64,000 nt of DNA from Schizosaccharomyces osmophilus (GCF_027921745.1 NC_079240.1:2232001-2296000); one strand, 5' to 3'. Shown: positions 49,266 through 61,273, counted from the stretch's first letter. Numbers and translations: made by a program. Notes: generated by a model not told the origin, from the letters alone.

Positions 49266-49957
49266 AATCTCATAACTGTAAATTTACTTTGGTTTCATGG
49301 AAAGACGGTTTACTATTCTAGCTTTTGCTTATTAGTGTAGTTACGGAATGTACGCGCAACTTTAAAGGTTTTTTTTGTTTATTTGTTTGCTAAACATAAT
49401 ATTACATATGATGAAACAAAACAAGGCAATCCGTCCGTAGGAAAAAAAACCCCCAACACAATCAGAATAAAAAGATTTAAAAAAATAAGACCATACAAAC
49501 TCCTTAGCCTAACAATCTTCTTAAATAAAGTAAATGTTACAAGTAGGAATTCAACATTTCGCTTTGCGTTTTCATTCATTAGATTCATCAAAATGTGAAG
49601 AAATAAAAAAACATCGTCTGCTAGCTGAAACTGTTTGACATGTCTCAGTCAATTTATTTTCTAAGAACAAGTAATTCTTGGTAAATTTGTGGTTGACATT
49701 CCTGCTAGCGATTGATATAGAAGAACCGAAAATTTAAGAATTTACTTTGACGTTCGAAATTTCCAAGATGGACGTGATCATTCGTGTTTCAACTATTTCC
49801 AATCCATTATTTCCAAATAAAAGCATAGCAATAAGTCGCCTGTGAAAAATTAATAAGCTTAAAATAATTTCAATATGTAGAAATATTAAGCCGAATTAAA
49901 AAACCGGCGAGCGAATTCTTTTCATTATAATATTCTCTTTTTTCTTTTTCTTTTTGT

Positions 49958-51580
49958 TTAATCCTTGTAAGCATATTTGCTATGCGACCGTATGGCCTTT
50001 CCATATCGGAAAAATACAAAGGGAATGGGAATCATAGCAGCCGATATACAAGCAAGTACAGTAGTAGCCCAATGATTTCCCAAATTGTGGTACATGGGCC
50101 GTGCAACCATAGTCATTCCTCCACTGGTCGAGTATCGTACAAGCGTTGCAGCTGCAAGCGCACTCGGCGCCAGAGATTGATAAGTGTCAATGAAATAAGT
50201 AAACACGACGGAAAAAATAAGAAGCAATGAAGCCCCAAAGAAAACACTAGAAATTAAAGGAACTATCCAATGTATTCTATTGGGATAACATGTCCAAGCA
50301 AACCAAAACAAGCCAATGGGCAAAAGAAAACATCCAACAAATAGTGGGTACAATCGGTATTCCGGGGGCACTTTTCCATTTTTCTTTTTGTGTATCTTGG
50401 AATAATGATAATATATAAGAGGTGTGAAAGAAGCAGCCAAAAGAATACCAATACCAATTCCTATAAAAGAGAGACCTTGTTCGCCTTGGTTGAAACCGTA
50501 TTGAGAATAAACAATTGGGTAGCTTTCAAAATTGATGTAAACAATAGCAAAGAGAATGGTCACATAAATGGTAAAGCAAACAACAATTGGTTCCGATATC
50601 AATAATGAAATAGCATTTGTGAATGCCCGTATAATGACACTCTTGGGATCGCGCTGCTTTTCATTTTCTGTATGCCATAAAGGATTTCCTGTTGCTCGAC
50701 GAAGGTAACGAGCTTTGTAATAAAGAATGGTACCGGCATGCGTTTCAGGAAGAGCAAAAATAATAAGTAAAACTACGGAACCTGAAAATATCATGGTTAT
50801 CCAAAATGTCCACCTCCATCCAAGGTAGCTTTGCGAAATGAAATCCCCCATAATGGGACCTATGACTGGCCCGAGGAAGGGAAAAGCACAGAGAATGGGA
50901 ACTGCAAAGGTATATTCAAGTGGACTGTATATGTCACTAGCTGTTCCCCCACAATTGGCTAGAGGAGTGCTACCGAAAACACCTTGGAAATATCGAAGTA
51001 TCGCTAATGTCCAGACGTTCTGGGCAACAGCACCACCTATTTGAAGCAAAGTGAATAAAATAAGGGTAATAAAGTAAATGATAAATCTTCCGTAAATTCC
51101 GCTTAGAGGCGCAAAGGGTAAACAACCCATAGAGAAGCCTACCAAGTATGTACAAGTGCCCAATGATGCGACCGGGGTGGATGCATGAAAAGCTCTCACC
51201 ACTTCGGGAACTCCTGTTGAGAAGACGCTTGAAGAAAACGTTACAGACATAGTTATTACACAAATCTGGACAATGATCCACCATTTCTTTGTATGGGACC
51301 AGTTTCTTGGATTAAGTGCGTCATGAGGACCATCCCAAGTTACAAGATAACTTGCGTTTTCTCTTCTCTGCTTCCCTTCTTCTATTATGTTTTTATCCTT
51401 TTCAGATTTCATGGTATTCAAAAACCATTGCTCTTCCTCAGCTTCATTGGAAGAAGCCGCTTTCATTGACTCAGAAGGGTCCCAGCTTAGGCGGTCCACT
51501 GGCAAGGCTACATTTTGCTGGTAATATTTTCTATAATGTTCTTTAAATTTTTTTCCTGTAGCCAGAGAAATCAAGTCCAT
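49958..51580 (-). CDS. MFS DHA1-family transporter
   Basis: VTWDGPHDALNPRNWS, APLSGIYGR, GPVIGPIMG, WRWTFW, PET and PEYRL motifs; about 12 hydrophobic segments. Confidence 0.93.
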   Translation of the reverse strand: MDLISLATGKKFKEHYRKYYQQNVALPVDRLSWDPSESMKAASSNEAEEEQWFLNTMKSEKDKNIIEEGKQRRENASYLVTWDGPHDALNPRNWSHTKKWWIIVQICVITMSVTFSSSVFSTGVPEVVRAFHASTPVASLGTCTYLVGFSMGCLPFAPLSGIYGRFIIYFITLILFTLLQIGGAVAQNVWTLAILRYFQGVFGSTPLANCGGTASDIYSPLEYTFAVPILCAFPFLGPVIGPIMGDFISQSYLGWRWTFWITMIFSGSVVLLIIFALPETHAGTILYYKARYLRRATGNPLWHTENEKQRDPKSVIIRAFTNAISLLISEPIVVCFTIYVTILFAIVYINFESYPIVYSQYGFNQGEQGLSFIGIGIGILLAASFTPLIYYHYSKIHKKKNGKVPPEYRLYPLFVGCFLLPIGLFWFAWTCYPNRIHWIVPLISSVFFGASLLLIFSVVFTYFIDTYQSLAPSALAAATLVRYSTSGGMTMVARPMYHNLGNHWATTVLACISAAMIPIPFVFFRYGKAIRSHSKYAYKD

Positions 51581-51810
51581 TTTCCTGCGATGTGCACACC
51601 TATTTCGCTTTTTGTTTATTTACGTTGATGTAATTAAGTCGAACGAACCAGCTACGCGTTTGGCGACACTGGGATGGATTTCAAATAACCTAGAACCAGG
51701 GAATTCAATCACAATTTACTTTCTCAACAAGTGCCTTTTTTATCTAAATTCATTATATAAATATATACATATACAGATTTATATATATGAGATGCGACCT
51801 CTAGTCCACG

Positions 51811-51865
51811 GTCCGCAAATCCGCAATAGCCACTACTATACGGTGCGTCTACGGTTATTGCGGAT
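51811..51865. promoter_or_regulatory. CCG/CGG-containing inverted repeat, candidate Zn2Cys6 binding element
   Basis: ATCCGCAATAGCC (51819-51831) and GGTTATTGCGGAT (51853-51865) are 12/13 reverse complements, with an extra TCCGCAA at 51812; located between the divergent MFS and TF genes. Confidence 0.5.
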
Positions 51866-52445
51866 CGCATTTTGCGATAGGATAATATTGCGCTCTGTAG
51901 TGCAATACAATAATAAACATCAAGTCGCATTCAAAAGTTATATAGTAAGAGTAAGTGGAATCCATCGACTGCTTCCAGCGTTACAATTAACGGGATTGAG
52001 TTAGTTGCTATATACTTACAGGAATGACTTTGCCACTGCTAGTAATACAAAGGATAATGCAACAAGCAAGAGTAATAAATTGACCGACGAACGCTTCCCA
52101 ACTGTAGAATTCGTCGCAAGCCTATAAGCTTTTGTAAAAACAGGCAATTAAAATAAGGAGTCTAATTTCTCCCGTTTGGATTTGGATTTGGACGTTCTTG
52201 TTTATGTGTTCTTTTAACTTACAATAATATACGCTTTATTATTGTAATTATTATTATTCTTGTTATTATTATTAGAGTACAACGAAAATGCTCCTCGACT
52301 GGTGCACAGGATAGCCGATAGGTTCATAGAGTCTGACTTTGTCTTTCACAAATTAAATTCGAAACACAAAAAATATTCATCGCAACTTGATGTGGCAAGT
52401 TATTCATGCATAGTAAAGCCACGTTTTTGCGAATTACTGAAATTT

Positions 52446-54140
52446 ATGGAAGAATTGGGGTCGAAACGTATTCGAACAAAAAAGGCCTGTGTTGTTTGCC
52501 ATAAGAAAAAACGAAAATGCAGTGGTACTTTTCCTTGTTTTTACTGTGAAAAATTTTGCTATGAATGTCAATATGCTCAGGATCTAGTGAAAAACAATAC
52601 TTCCTATCAAAAAAGCAACTGGTCAGAGACAGAAAGTAATTATATACAATCACTAGAGTCAGACAAATATAAACAAGATGGTTACTCTCCACCTGGATCT
52701 GACAATTCCAATGAGGTATGGAGTTCTCGTAATTATGAACTCGATGACCATGCAATTCAGGAAAAGAAAAAACGAAGGATGACTCAAAACACAAATGCCC
52801 TTTGTTTTCCTGCTATCGTGAGTGAAAAACTTGAAGCGTCTCCGATTACACGATATAAGCCATTAGCTTGGAATATGGGTGCTCGTTTGCCTCAAGTGCC
52901 GAGTGAAAATTCGAAAATACACACTTTTATATCAAAGGAACAATGCTTTTACTATGTTTCTAAATATTTTCAAGACGTGAATCCCATTTTTGAAGTGTTG
53001 GATCAGGTTGCTTTCGAGGAGCAAATTCATAAACGTTGGGCTGCGGACATGACCGCTGAATTCGGGGTTTTACTCTGCACTGTTGTAGTCCTTGGCTCTT
53101 TCTTTTCACATACCAATTCCTTGTCGAATGAACTTCAATTAATGCAATATGCCGAAGGTATGCTGAATAATAGTGCATTTTCTATCAACAGTATTCCATC
53201 GATCAGCCAGATTGTTACTTGGATTCTACGAAGTGTCTATTTACGAACTGCCGCTCATCCACATAATGTTTGGCTAGCGTCTTGTGTTTCTATGCAATGT
53301 ATTGAGATTTTCTGCCTGTACCATAATACTAATGAGGAAGAAGTGACTTTATCTGAATCGGAGCAGCAAAACTACTATTATTTTTCTTCAAAAAACAAAA
53401 TTTTTTCCATTGGATGGGCTTTTAACAGAATTTTAGCATCGGAGTATGGGACAACGCCAATTAAATTGTCCCAAATGAATATCAAAGGGGTACATTTTTC
53501 AGAACAATCTCAATCTCATCAACTTGCACGTTTAGCAAGTGTTTTACCAGAAAGTGACGAACTGACAAAGGAACCCCAAATGGCATACTTTGCAGCAATC
53601 CAGAGGATATCACAGCTTTCCAAGCTACAACCAATTCAATTGACACTTATAAGGGCAACCGTTTGTTTTCATTTATATCGAAGCCTTTATTTAACAAACT
53701 CTCACCCTGATGAAACGATAGTTGTTATAATAGTAAAAATGACTGATGAAGCACTAGATAAGTGTCTCGCTTTATGCCAAAAGAGACTAGCATGGTGGAG
53801 TGTATTAGATATTCCATTTCATGGTATTTGTGTTCTTTTGTCAATTGACACCAAGGAAAGCTTGCAGCTAATTCCAAAGGCATTCAAAGTGTTGAATACT
53901 GCTATAGACACATTCAATACCCCTGCTTCTAGAGACGCTTTTCAGGTCGTCTCAGCATTATGTGATGCATTAAGGGATAGGAAAATAAACGAAGCAAAAC
54001 TATTAGATTATAGACAACCGCTGAAAAAACAAAACGAAACTGATTTCGACAACTTTAATTTGCACGGATCTTCTGAATTGGTTTTGGGAGACCCTTTTTT
54101 TGATTTATTTAATTTAGGTGATACGGATATTAGATTTTAA
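52446..54140 (+). CDS. Zn(II)2Cys6 transcription factor, Rdr1-like
   Basis: ACVVCHKKKRKCSGTFPCFYCEKFCYEC binuclear cluster, fungal TF middle region; NALCFP...LAWNMGAR resembles the Rdr1 family as recalled. First ATG at 52446. Confidence 0.88.
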   Translation: MEELGSKRIRTKKACVVCHKKKRKCSGTFPCFYCEKFCYECQYAQDLVKNNTSYQKSNWSETESNYIQSLESDKYKQDGYSPPGSDNSNEVWSSRNYELDDHAIQEKKKRRMTQNTNALCFPAIVSEKLEASPITRYKPLAWNMGARLPQVPSENSKIHTFISKEQCFYYVSKYFQDVNPIFEVLDQVAFEEQIHKRWAADMTAEFGVLLCTVVVLGSFFSHTNSLSNELQLMQYAEGMLNNSAFSINSIPSISQIVTWILRSVYLRTAAHPHNVWLASCVSMQCIEIFCLYHNTNEEEVTLSESEQQNYYYFSSKNKIFSIGWAFNRILASEYGTTPIKLSQMNIKGVHFSEQSQSHQLARLASVLPESDELTKEPQMAYFAAIQRISQLSKLQPIQLTLIRATVCFHLYRSLYLTNSHPDETIVVIIVKMTDEALDKCLALCQKRLAWWSVLDIPFHGICVLLSIDTKESLQLIPKAFKVLNTAIDTFNTPASRDAFQVVSALCDALRDRKINEAKLLDYRQPLKKQNETDFDNFNLHGSSELVLGDPFFDLFNLGDTDIRF

Positions 54141-55390
54141 TAAATGCATTAGGCTGACCGGAACGTTTAATAGTTCTATATGCTCAGAAAAGCCTTACAT
54201 TCTTCATATTTAGAATACAAGAAAAAGATTTGGTCAATATAAGTAGAATTGGTATGGTCAATGAACGTTATAGTATTATCATAGATTAAGGTTATTTTGA
54301 GAAGCAGCTTGATGGTTGATACAATTCTTTGAGTGTCAATGATTTAGTTTCGGATTTTGGACAAAACAAACGAATCCGGTTTTTGAAATGTAGATTTGTT
54401 GTAAGAAGAGAAAAAGATTTATTTCTATCACACTATGGTAATTGACTCATAAAGATTAATATTAATATTTATTAAAAAAGTTCTGTCGGAGAAGACTTTG
54501 ATCACTTTAACATAAAATTTGTAGCATTGTACTAATTGCCAAAATTATTCATGCATCATTTTTATCCAAATACTCTTCAGACACACTATATGCTAGACGT
54601 GAAACCAAACGCATTTATGAGCCGTTTAGAAGAAAAAAAGATTGGCCGACACTTGGAATCGCTAAAGATTGAAGACTATTTGTACGTATCGCCCGTTTAA
54701 AATTATTAAGGAAAATGAACATGACTTTCAAGTTATCGAGCTCAAAGTTAACCATAGCAAAAACGGTAAAGCACATGAAATGAATGAAAACAGTCAAATG
54801 TTTCTTTGCCGCTTTGACTAGCAGTCTCAAAAATTGATAGGGACCGAACAATAGATATTGAACGGAAATGACACGTTAAATCAGCTCTTGGGTACTAGAA
54901 GGAACCGCTTTCACACAAGCCCAATGACTCAAAATTCCAAGACAAACAACAAAACTCAGTCGCCGGTGAGGGAGGTATATGACAATAAATCCATAATAGT
55001 TACAGCAAAAACTAGAAATATTCAGGTTTAGAATATCCAGAAACAAAGATATCCATTGTGGCCGAAAACGCAATGTTTTTATGATTAAAAAGGTTCCTTT
55101 TACGTTACTTATTAACAAATCGGCCTCGTTTGACAAGGGATTTCATGCAATGATATTCCTTGCTGAAAACATCTTGAAACTCGCATTGACAACTAAGCGA
55201 AATTTAAGTAAGGAAAAACAGCTGCCTTAAAATGTTTAACCTAAAAAGTATTCCTTTAGAAACATTCCAAACAAATTTTGTAAGCTTTCTCCTTTCTAAA
55301 TTGGATCTGAATCTCAAAAAATCATTCAGAAGCTTGGAGAGGTTCTTTTTTTGAAGCTACCATAGCCATAAAAAGCCAACTTTTTTTAGT

Positions 55391-56959
55391 TTAAAAAATG
55401 GGCTTTGATAAATCTACCAGACAGCTTCCTGTGGCAGGCTTGGATACGACGATGGCCGCATCCAAATCCGCTTGACTCAAGTTGGGAAAATGCTTATTAT
55501 AGTACTGCCCTTTTAGCGCAGAAACTACTTTAGGTAATTTCTGTACAGTGGTTAAATGTACCGTTGATCCTCCCCAGCCGGCGCCAGTTGCTCGAGCACC
55601 ATACGCGCCATTTGCGACAGAAATGGCACATACCTCTTCTAAGTTTGGGCTAGAAGAATTATTATAGATGTTGGCCGATCTTTGAGAATCGTTCATAAGT
55701 CTTCCAAATGCCATCAAAAACGTTTCCGAATTATCTGAAGGCTTATGTTCACGGAAAAGCTTCAATGTTTCCAGTACACGTAAAAATTCCGAAAAAACAT
55801 GCTTTGCCCTTTGATATACCCTCATTATGTCGTAACGAACAGGAATAGCCGTTAAAAAAACTTCGGCAAACTGCTTCGTCGATATCTCCAACTTCTTGGC
55901 CATCTGTTCTGTAGTCAAGCCGACTTTTTCTTCCTCAGAGAAAGTCGTTTCAGCAATTTTGAGCATTTCCTGTGTACGCTCGATGCCGATGACAACGTCG
56001 TTACCATCCCAAGGGGGTTGTCTTAAATACTGTTCATAGTAGGTATCCATAAAGCTACGCAGTGTCCCTGCAGTTTTGAGGTTCGAGTCTTTCATAAGAC
56101 TCAAACCGTACTTCTTAGCTAAAATCTCAGAGGCTACGGCCATTTCGACGACTCGCAAATTGTAATTGGTAGCAGCGGTCTCATGCTTGTTTGCCTGTAC
56201 CAGCGTGTTGGTTACGAGAAAGACCATTTCTTCTGGCTTTGTCGATGGGATTTTAAAAGGAATTCCAACCAGCTTTGGACGAAATTGGACCAACAAAGCC
56301 TTTTCCCTCTCACCATAGACAGAAGCACATTGATCCATCCCTCCGGTATTGACACCAACGTAATGCTCGGAAACAACACTAATTCTGGTTAGGTCTTCTT
56401 TGGATATGGAATCAATTCCGTTAGTCTTCAGAATGGCCACAATGGAGGCCACACAGAAAGCAGCCGAAGAAGACAAGCCTCCGCCTGTAGGGACATTTCC
56501 ATCGTAGGTTAATCTCATACCCTTTAATGGCTTCGAACCCCCTTCAACGAGGTTTGGATATTTCTCCAAAATGAAATTGTGAGCTACAATCAAGGAACAA
56601 CGGAAATAGTTTCCCCAGCTGTGATGGTTCTTGTTGATGGAAATGACAGAACCATCTGCAGGAAGTTCAAATTGTTCACTCACAAACTCTTGGTTTGTGT
56701 TTGTCAAGATCACCTTTTGGTCGTCCGTTCCGTGGACTGCAGCCACCACATCTACCTCCATAGCCATAGGAAGCACCGAAAAGTAATTGTAGTCGATATG
56801 CTCTCCGATGATATTTACTCGACCAGGTGAACGGCCCATAAAAGTAGGGTCTACATTAAATTCTTTTTTGAATTTTGAGAGCAAGTTCTTATAACGAGCC
56901 TTGTTCCTTTCAGCATCAGTATAGAACGATAAATCATGATATATTGGTATGGTAGCCAT
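55391..56959 (-). CDS. gal1: Galactokinase
   Basis: RSPGRVNIIGEHIDY, PTGGGLSSSAA, GGMDQ, GARATGAGWGG GHMP motifs; intronless. Confidence 0.97.
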   Translation of the reverse strand: MATIPIYHDLSFYTDAERNKARYKNLLSKFKKEFNVDPTFMGRSPGRVNIIGEHIDYNYFSVLPMAMEVDVVAAVHGTDDQKVILTNTNQEFVSEQFELPADGSVISINKNHHSWGNYFRCSLIVAHNFILEKYPNLVEGGSKPLKGMRLTYDGNVPTGGGLSSSAAFCVASIVAILKTNGIDSISKEDLTRISVVSEHYVGVNTGGMDQCASVYGEREKALLVQFRPKLVGIPFKIPSTKPEEMVFLVTNTLVQANKHETAATNYNLRVVEMAVASEILAKKYGLSLMKDSNLKTAGTLRSFMDTYYEQYLRQPPWDGNDVVIGIERTQEMLKIAETTFSEEEKVGLTTEQMAKKLEISTKQFAEVFLTAIPVRYDIMRVYQRAKHVFSEFLRVLETLKLFREHKPSDNSETFLMAFGRLMNDSQRSANIYNNSSSPNLEEVCAISVANGAYGARATGAGWGGSTVHLTTVQKLPKVVSALKGQYYNKHFPNLSQADLDAAIVVSKPATGSCLVDLSKPIF

Positions 56960-57202
56960 TGGTGTTTTTTCTATTTGTCGACTTTCTTTCTTCGTTTTTC
57001 CTATATCCTCTTTTCTCTTTCTTTATGTAGTCTTATAAATCAGGCGCAACTAATACTGAGCTCTTTTGCCTGCTTTCAGCATGAATATATGTCCTTTAAG
57101 TATGTTCATGTTCTTTCACCTGGAAAACCTTTCGCCTGACGATATTATGACATCGCTGTGAATTGGCAACGAAGGTTGAAAATCCATTAGCCGAAACCCA
57201 AT

Positions 57203-57240
57203 CTCCGCACACAGCAGAAAGGTTTGGGGGAAAAGTGGAG
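57203..57240. promoter_or_regulatory. Candidate Scr1/Mig1-type glucose repression sites in the gal1-gal10 divergent promoter
   Basis: CTCCGC (57203-57208, GCGGAG on minus) and AAAAGTGGAG (57231-57240) fit SYGGRG. Confidence 0.5.
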
Positions 57241-57579
57241 AAAGCCTGTCGCAGAAACCTACTTTTGCACCGATTACAGGGAATTGCATCTTTAACCCCT
57301 CTACAGACATCATGGCGGTATCAGTTGAAAAAGGTATATAATCGCTGTCTACAAAAACCTTAAGAGCTTTAGAAAAAGAAAGGATTCATTAGGGAAAAAC
57401 AATTTTTTTTTTTTATTTTGAGAAAAACCAGTTAGAGAAACGAATTGGTAGAAACAGCTTCATCTGGTAAGAATTCCATTGCTCGTTTCTGAACGTTTCA
57501 GCTCATAAAGAAATCATTGCATCCTCTTAAGCTTCATCGTTGTGTTACTCTCGATTTCTTACATATATCATTTGCTTCC

Positions 57580-59643
57580 ATGGACTCCAAATCATATATA
57601 ATCGTTACGGGTGGTGCGGGATACATTGGCTCTCATACCGTTGTAGAATTGATCCACCATGGCTATAATGTTATTATCATTGATAATTTATGTAACGCTA
57701 GTCATGAGGCAATAGCTCGTATAGAGTTCCTAGTTCGAAAACCCATCCTGTTTTATGATATCGACCTTCGTGACGAGAAGCAATTGAATCATATCTTTTC
57801 ATCCTACAACATCCAAGGCGTAATTCATTTTGCAGCTCTCAAAGCTGTTGGAGAATCTACGAAAATGCCTCTTGAATATTATGACAATAATATTTATGGA
57901 TCCATCAGCTTGCTTCGAGTGATGGACAAACACAATGTCAAAACAATTGTCTTTAGCTCTTCTGCCACGGTCTATGGAGATGCAACCCGGTTTGAAAACA
58001 TGATCCCTATTCCAGAAACTTGCCCGAATGATCCCACAAATCCATACGGGAAAACAAAGCACACCATTGAGAATCTCATTGAAGACTTACATAAAAGTGA
58101 TCCATCATGGCGTGGCGCCATTTTACGCTATTTTAATCCCATCGGTGCGCATCCATCTGGCTTGATCGGCGAAGATCCTTTGGATGTCCCTAATAATTTG
58201 CTGCCGTTTCTCGCACAAGTAGCCATTGGTAGACGTGAAAAGCTCTATGTTTTTGGAAATGATTATGAAAGCCATGACGGTACTCCCATTCGTGATTACA
58301 TCCATGTCATTGATTTAGCGAAAGGCCATATTGCTGCTCTAGACTATATGAATAGTTTGCAACGTGATGTTGGCTTATATCGAGAGTGGAATCTTGGAAC
58401 TGGGAAGGGGTCTACTGTTTTTGACGTCGTTAATGCGTTCAGCCAAGCAGCAGGCAAAGAATTGCCTTATGAAGTTGTCGGCAGACGAGATGGTGATGTC
58501 CTTAATCTAACAGCCGACCCAAGTCGTGCCAAGAAAGAGTTGAAATGGAATGCAACTCTGACAGTTGAACAGGCATGTCGAGATCTTTGGAATTGGACCA
58601 CCGAAAACCCTTTTGGGTTTCGGATTGACAATTATCACTGGAAAATCTTTAATGAATCTGGAACATTCAATTATGAAAACAGATTGCATACGGTTAAATT
58701 TCCAGATCTGCAAGCGTCTTTTGCTAATTATGGTGCACTCATACAAGATGTTCAATACAAAGGTCAACATCTGGTTGTTGGGTTTCAAGAATTTCAGCCT
58801 TATACATCGGATGACAATCCCCTTTTCGGCTCAACGGTTGGTCGATATGCTAATCGGATTTCAAAAGGCTCTTTCCAAATAAAAGGAAAGGCGTATGAAC
58901 TTGACAAAAATCAGAATGGGTCTACTTTGCATGGCGGAAGCAATGCTTACAACAGACGGTACTTTTTGGGTCCAATCTCAAAACATTATCGCGATTATAA
59001 TACGCTAGAGTTTATCCTACTTGACGAAGATGGTAACAACGGATTTCCCGCTGAAGTAGAGACCACAGTTAAGTATACGGTGAACAATAGCTCAATTGAA
59101 ATTGAGTATCAATCTTCCATTAGCGAGAACTCTCCGAATGATGCCACCGCTGTAAGCCTAACCAATCATTCTTATTGGAACCTTTCCAGTGGTGGAACCA
59201 TCGATGGTACTGTAATAAAGCTAGCTTCTGATAAATATCTAAAAACAGATCCAAAAACTCAGCTACCAAGTGGTGAAATCATTTCATCAACCCAGCCACT
59301 GACCAAATCCATCGAAATATTGCCGGATGTTTCTTTTGATAATTGCTTTATCGTGGACGAAAGTGATTTCTCTCTTGATACAAGAGGAAGGGAGTTGAAA
59401 ACAATTGCAGAAGCAACCCATCCTTCTTCATCTATTAAACTCTCTGTGGCATCTACAGAACCAGCTTTTCAATTCTACACAGGTGATAATATAGATATGG
59501 ATCCTATAAAACCCAGAGCTGGTTTTTGCGTTGAAGCTGGTCGCTACGTAAATGCCATCAATGATTCGTCTTGGTCCAAACAGGTTCTTCTTCACAAAGG
59601 AGAATTTTACGGCTCTAAACTAAAATTTACTTTCTCATGCTGA
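57580..59643 (+). CDS. gal10: Bifunctional UDP-glucose 4-epimerase / aldose 1-epimerase
   Basis: TGGAGYIGSHT, HFAALKAVGES, YGKTK, LRYFNPIGAHPSG followed by mutarotase motifs GRYANRI, LHGG, TNHSYWNL; ATG at 57580. Confidence 0.97.
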   Translation: MDSKSYIIVTGGAGYIGSHTVVELIHHGYNVIIIDNLCNASHEAIARIEFLVRKPILFYDIDLRDEKQLNHIFSSYNIQGVIHFAALKAVGESTKMPLEYYDNNIYGSISLLRVMDKHNVKTIVFSSSATVYGDATRFENMIPIPETCPNDPTNPYGKTKHTIENLIEDLHKSDPSWRGAILRYFNPIGAHPSGLIGEDPLDVPNNLLPFLAQVAIGRREKLYVFGNDYESHDGTPIRDYIHVIDLAKGHIAALDYMNSLQRDVGLYREWNLGTGKGSTVFDVVNAFSQAAGKELPYEVVGRRDGDVLNLTADPSRAKKELKWNATLTVEQACRDLWNWTTENPFGFRIDNYHWKIFNESGTFNYENRLHTVKFPDLQASFANYGALIQDVQYKGQHLVVGFQEFQPYTSDDNPLFGSTVGRYANRISKGSFQIKGKAYELDKNQNGSTLHGGSNAYNRRYFLGPISKHYRDYNTLEFILLDEDGNNGFPAEVETTVKYTVNNSSIEIEYQSSISENSPNDATAVSLTNHSYWNLSSGGTIDGTVIKLASDKYLKTDPKTQLPSGEIISSTQPLTKSIEILPDVSFDNCFIVDESDFSLDTRGRELKTIAEATHPSSSIKLSVASTEPAFQFYTGDNIDMDPIKPRAGFCVEAGRYVNAINDSSWSKQVLLHKGEFYGSKLKFTFSC

Positions 59644-59844
59644 TAATGTATGTCTATTATGAATTCGATAATGAAGCTCATATGTCTACTTTATCTGAGA
59701 CAGAAATAAGAATGAAATAAATAAAAAAAGTTCTTTAAAGATGCTTATGCACGAGTATAAAAGTAAAGGAAATCTGATGGGAATTCAGGTCTGTGAAAAA
59801 GGTATAGTTTTATCAATTATGTATTTAGAAAAGGGAATAAGAAA

Positions 59845-60876
59845 TGAAATTATTTCGTCAATTAGTTTGTTAAGTCCCTGATCGAGGGAAATTTGAGGCA
59901 TCCAGCCAATTTGCTTGATTTAATTATAATTCAATGACTAACTTGCATCATTATAATTTCTGTTGGTTTTTTAAAAAAAGAATCGCAAATACTTTCATAA
60001 GAGAATAATTGTCGAATTCGTCTCAGATATAACATTGATAACTTGGGGATCCGGACGACGACGATTCGGACAGGCTGCTACGCTTGTTCGCTGTTGCCGC
60101 CAAATTAAATCAAGAGCCATTAGAAACTCAAATACGTGCGAATATTTTCTCTTTTGCGAACCATTACCGTGGACGGTAATTTCGTCCAACATGACATCGT
60201 GAGTTTTTTGATGAAATACTGGTGAAGTTTGGTAATTATCATTAGAAATAGCTTGTCCTTGTGTTGCCGAGGCCCATATATATTATTAGCTCGGATCGTT
60301 ACAATCGAAAGAATATATAAGTATTAATAGGATTGAATGATCAAGTTGGCAGCAACTTTGGAAGCGGCATAAGGATTACTTGGATTCAACGCAAAAAAAT
60401 CGGCTGCATTTTCATGCTCGCCCTGCTCGCCATAGACTTCATCCGTCGATATGTGCAAAAAAAGTAAACTCACGATGAAGGTGGGGATACCGATTGAGTA
60501 AAAGCCGAGAGCAGTCTAGTAGATGCTGAGTGCAAAGGATGTTATTTTTGACAAAGAATGTAGAATTACGAAAAGAGCGATCAACGCATGATTCTGCAGC
60601 GAGATTAATGATGTGTGTTATGCGAGTATTTGGAACTCGTCGACGATGAATTTTTGCAAAGCAGGAAATCCCATTACCAAATCAATCTTTATAAAGGCAA
60701 AATTAGGTCTCCCCAAAACGCTTTGGAGACATTTCTTACTATTCTCACTCGCATAATTCAGTGAATCCATACAAACTGAGGATAATTTAGCTAAAGGAAA
60801 TCCAGACAATGCGATCCAGTAAATTAGCTCCACCTGTTACCAGAACACGCTGCTCATGTTCATTGCAAGTAGTCAT
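59845..60876 (-). pseudogene. dTDP-glucose 4,6-dehydratase-like (GAL cluster ORF-X) pseudogene
   Basis: Fragments in shifting frames from ATG 60876: VLVTGGA / GSHCLDFL* / CMDSLNYAS / IINLAAESCVDRSF..NNILCTQHLL / FLHISTDEVYGE..NPSNPYAASK..SY*..IRANNIYGPRQ / ITVHGNGSQKRKY / RNYND..GWMPQISLDQGL. At least five frameshifts and several stops. Confidence 0.92.
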
Positions 60877-61273
60877 ATTTGCTAATATAAATTCGTAGCG
60901 TCCAAACAAAAAATCAAAATGAATAGCACATGAAAAAAGAAGAAAAAAGGAAAAAGAACATTCTTCTTATTTCCTTTTCAACAAGTCGATACTTCACCGT
61001 ACCACCTTCTCCCTAAGCAAACGTACTTTGTGCTTTAGACGCTCTCCACGTATAAGCAATCTTGAGCACAGCTAAATGCGACTGTGAAGGATATTACAAG
61101 ATTACAAAAAAATAGCGATCCTTTATGAAAGCTTGAAAACCCGTCAACACTAAGACCCGATTCGAAAAGGACAAACCGATGCACGGCCATAGGAGACTAT
61201 AACAAAGGTCATTAATTTCGGCCTAAGCGAGAAGTTTCTATGAACGAGTCGCCTAAAAAACCTAAAAGGTAAA

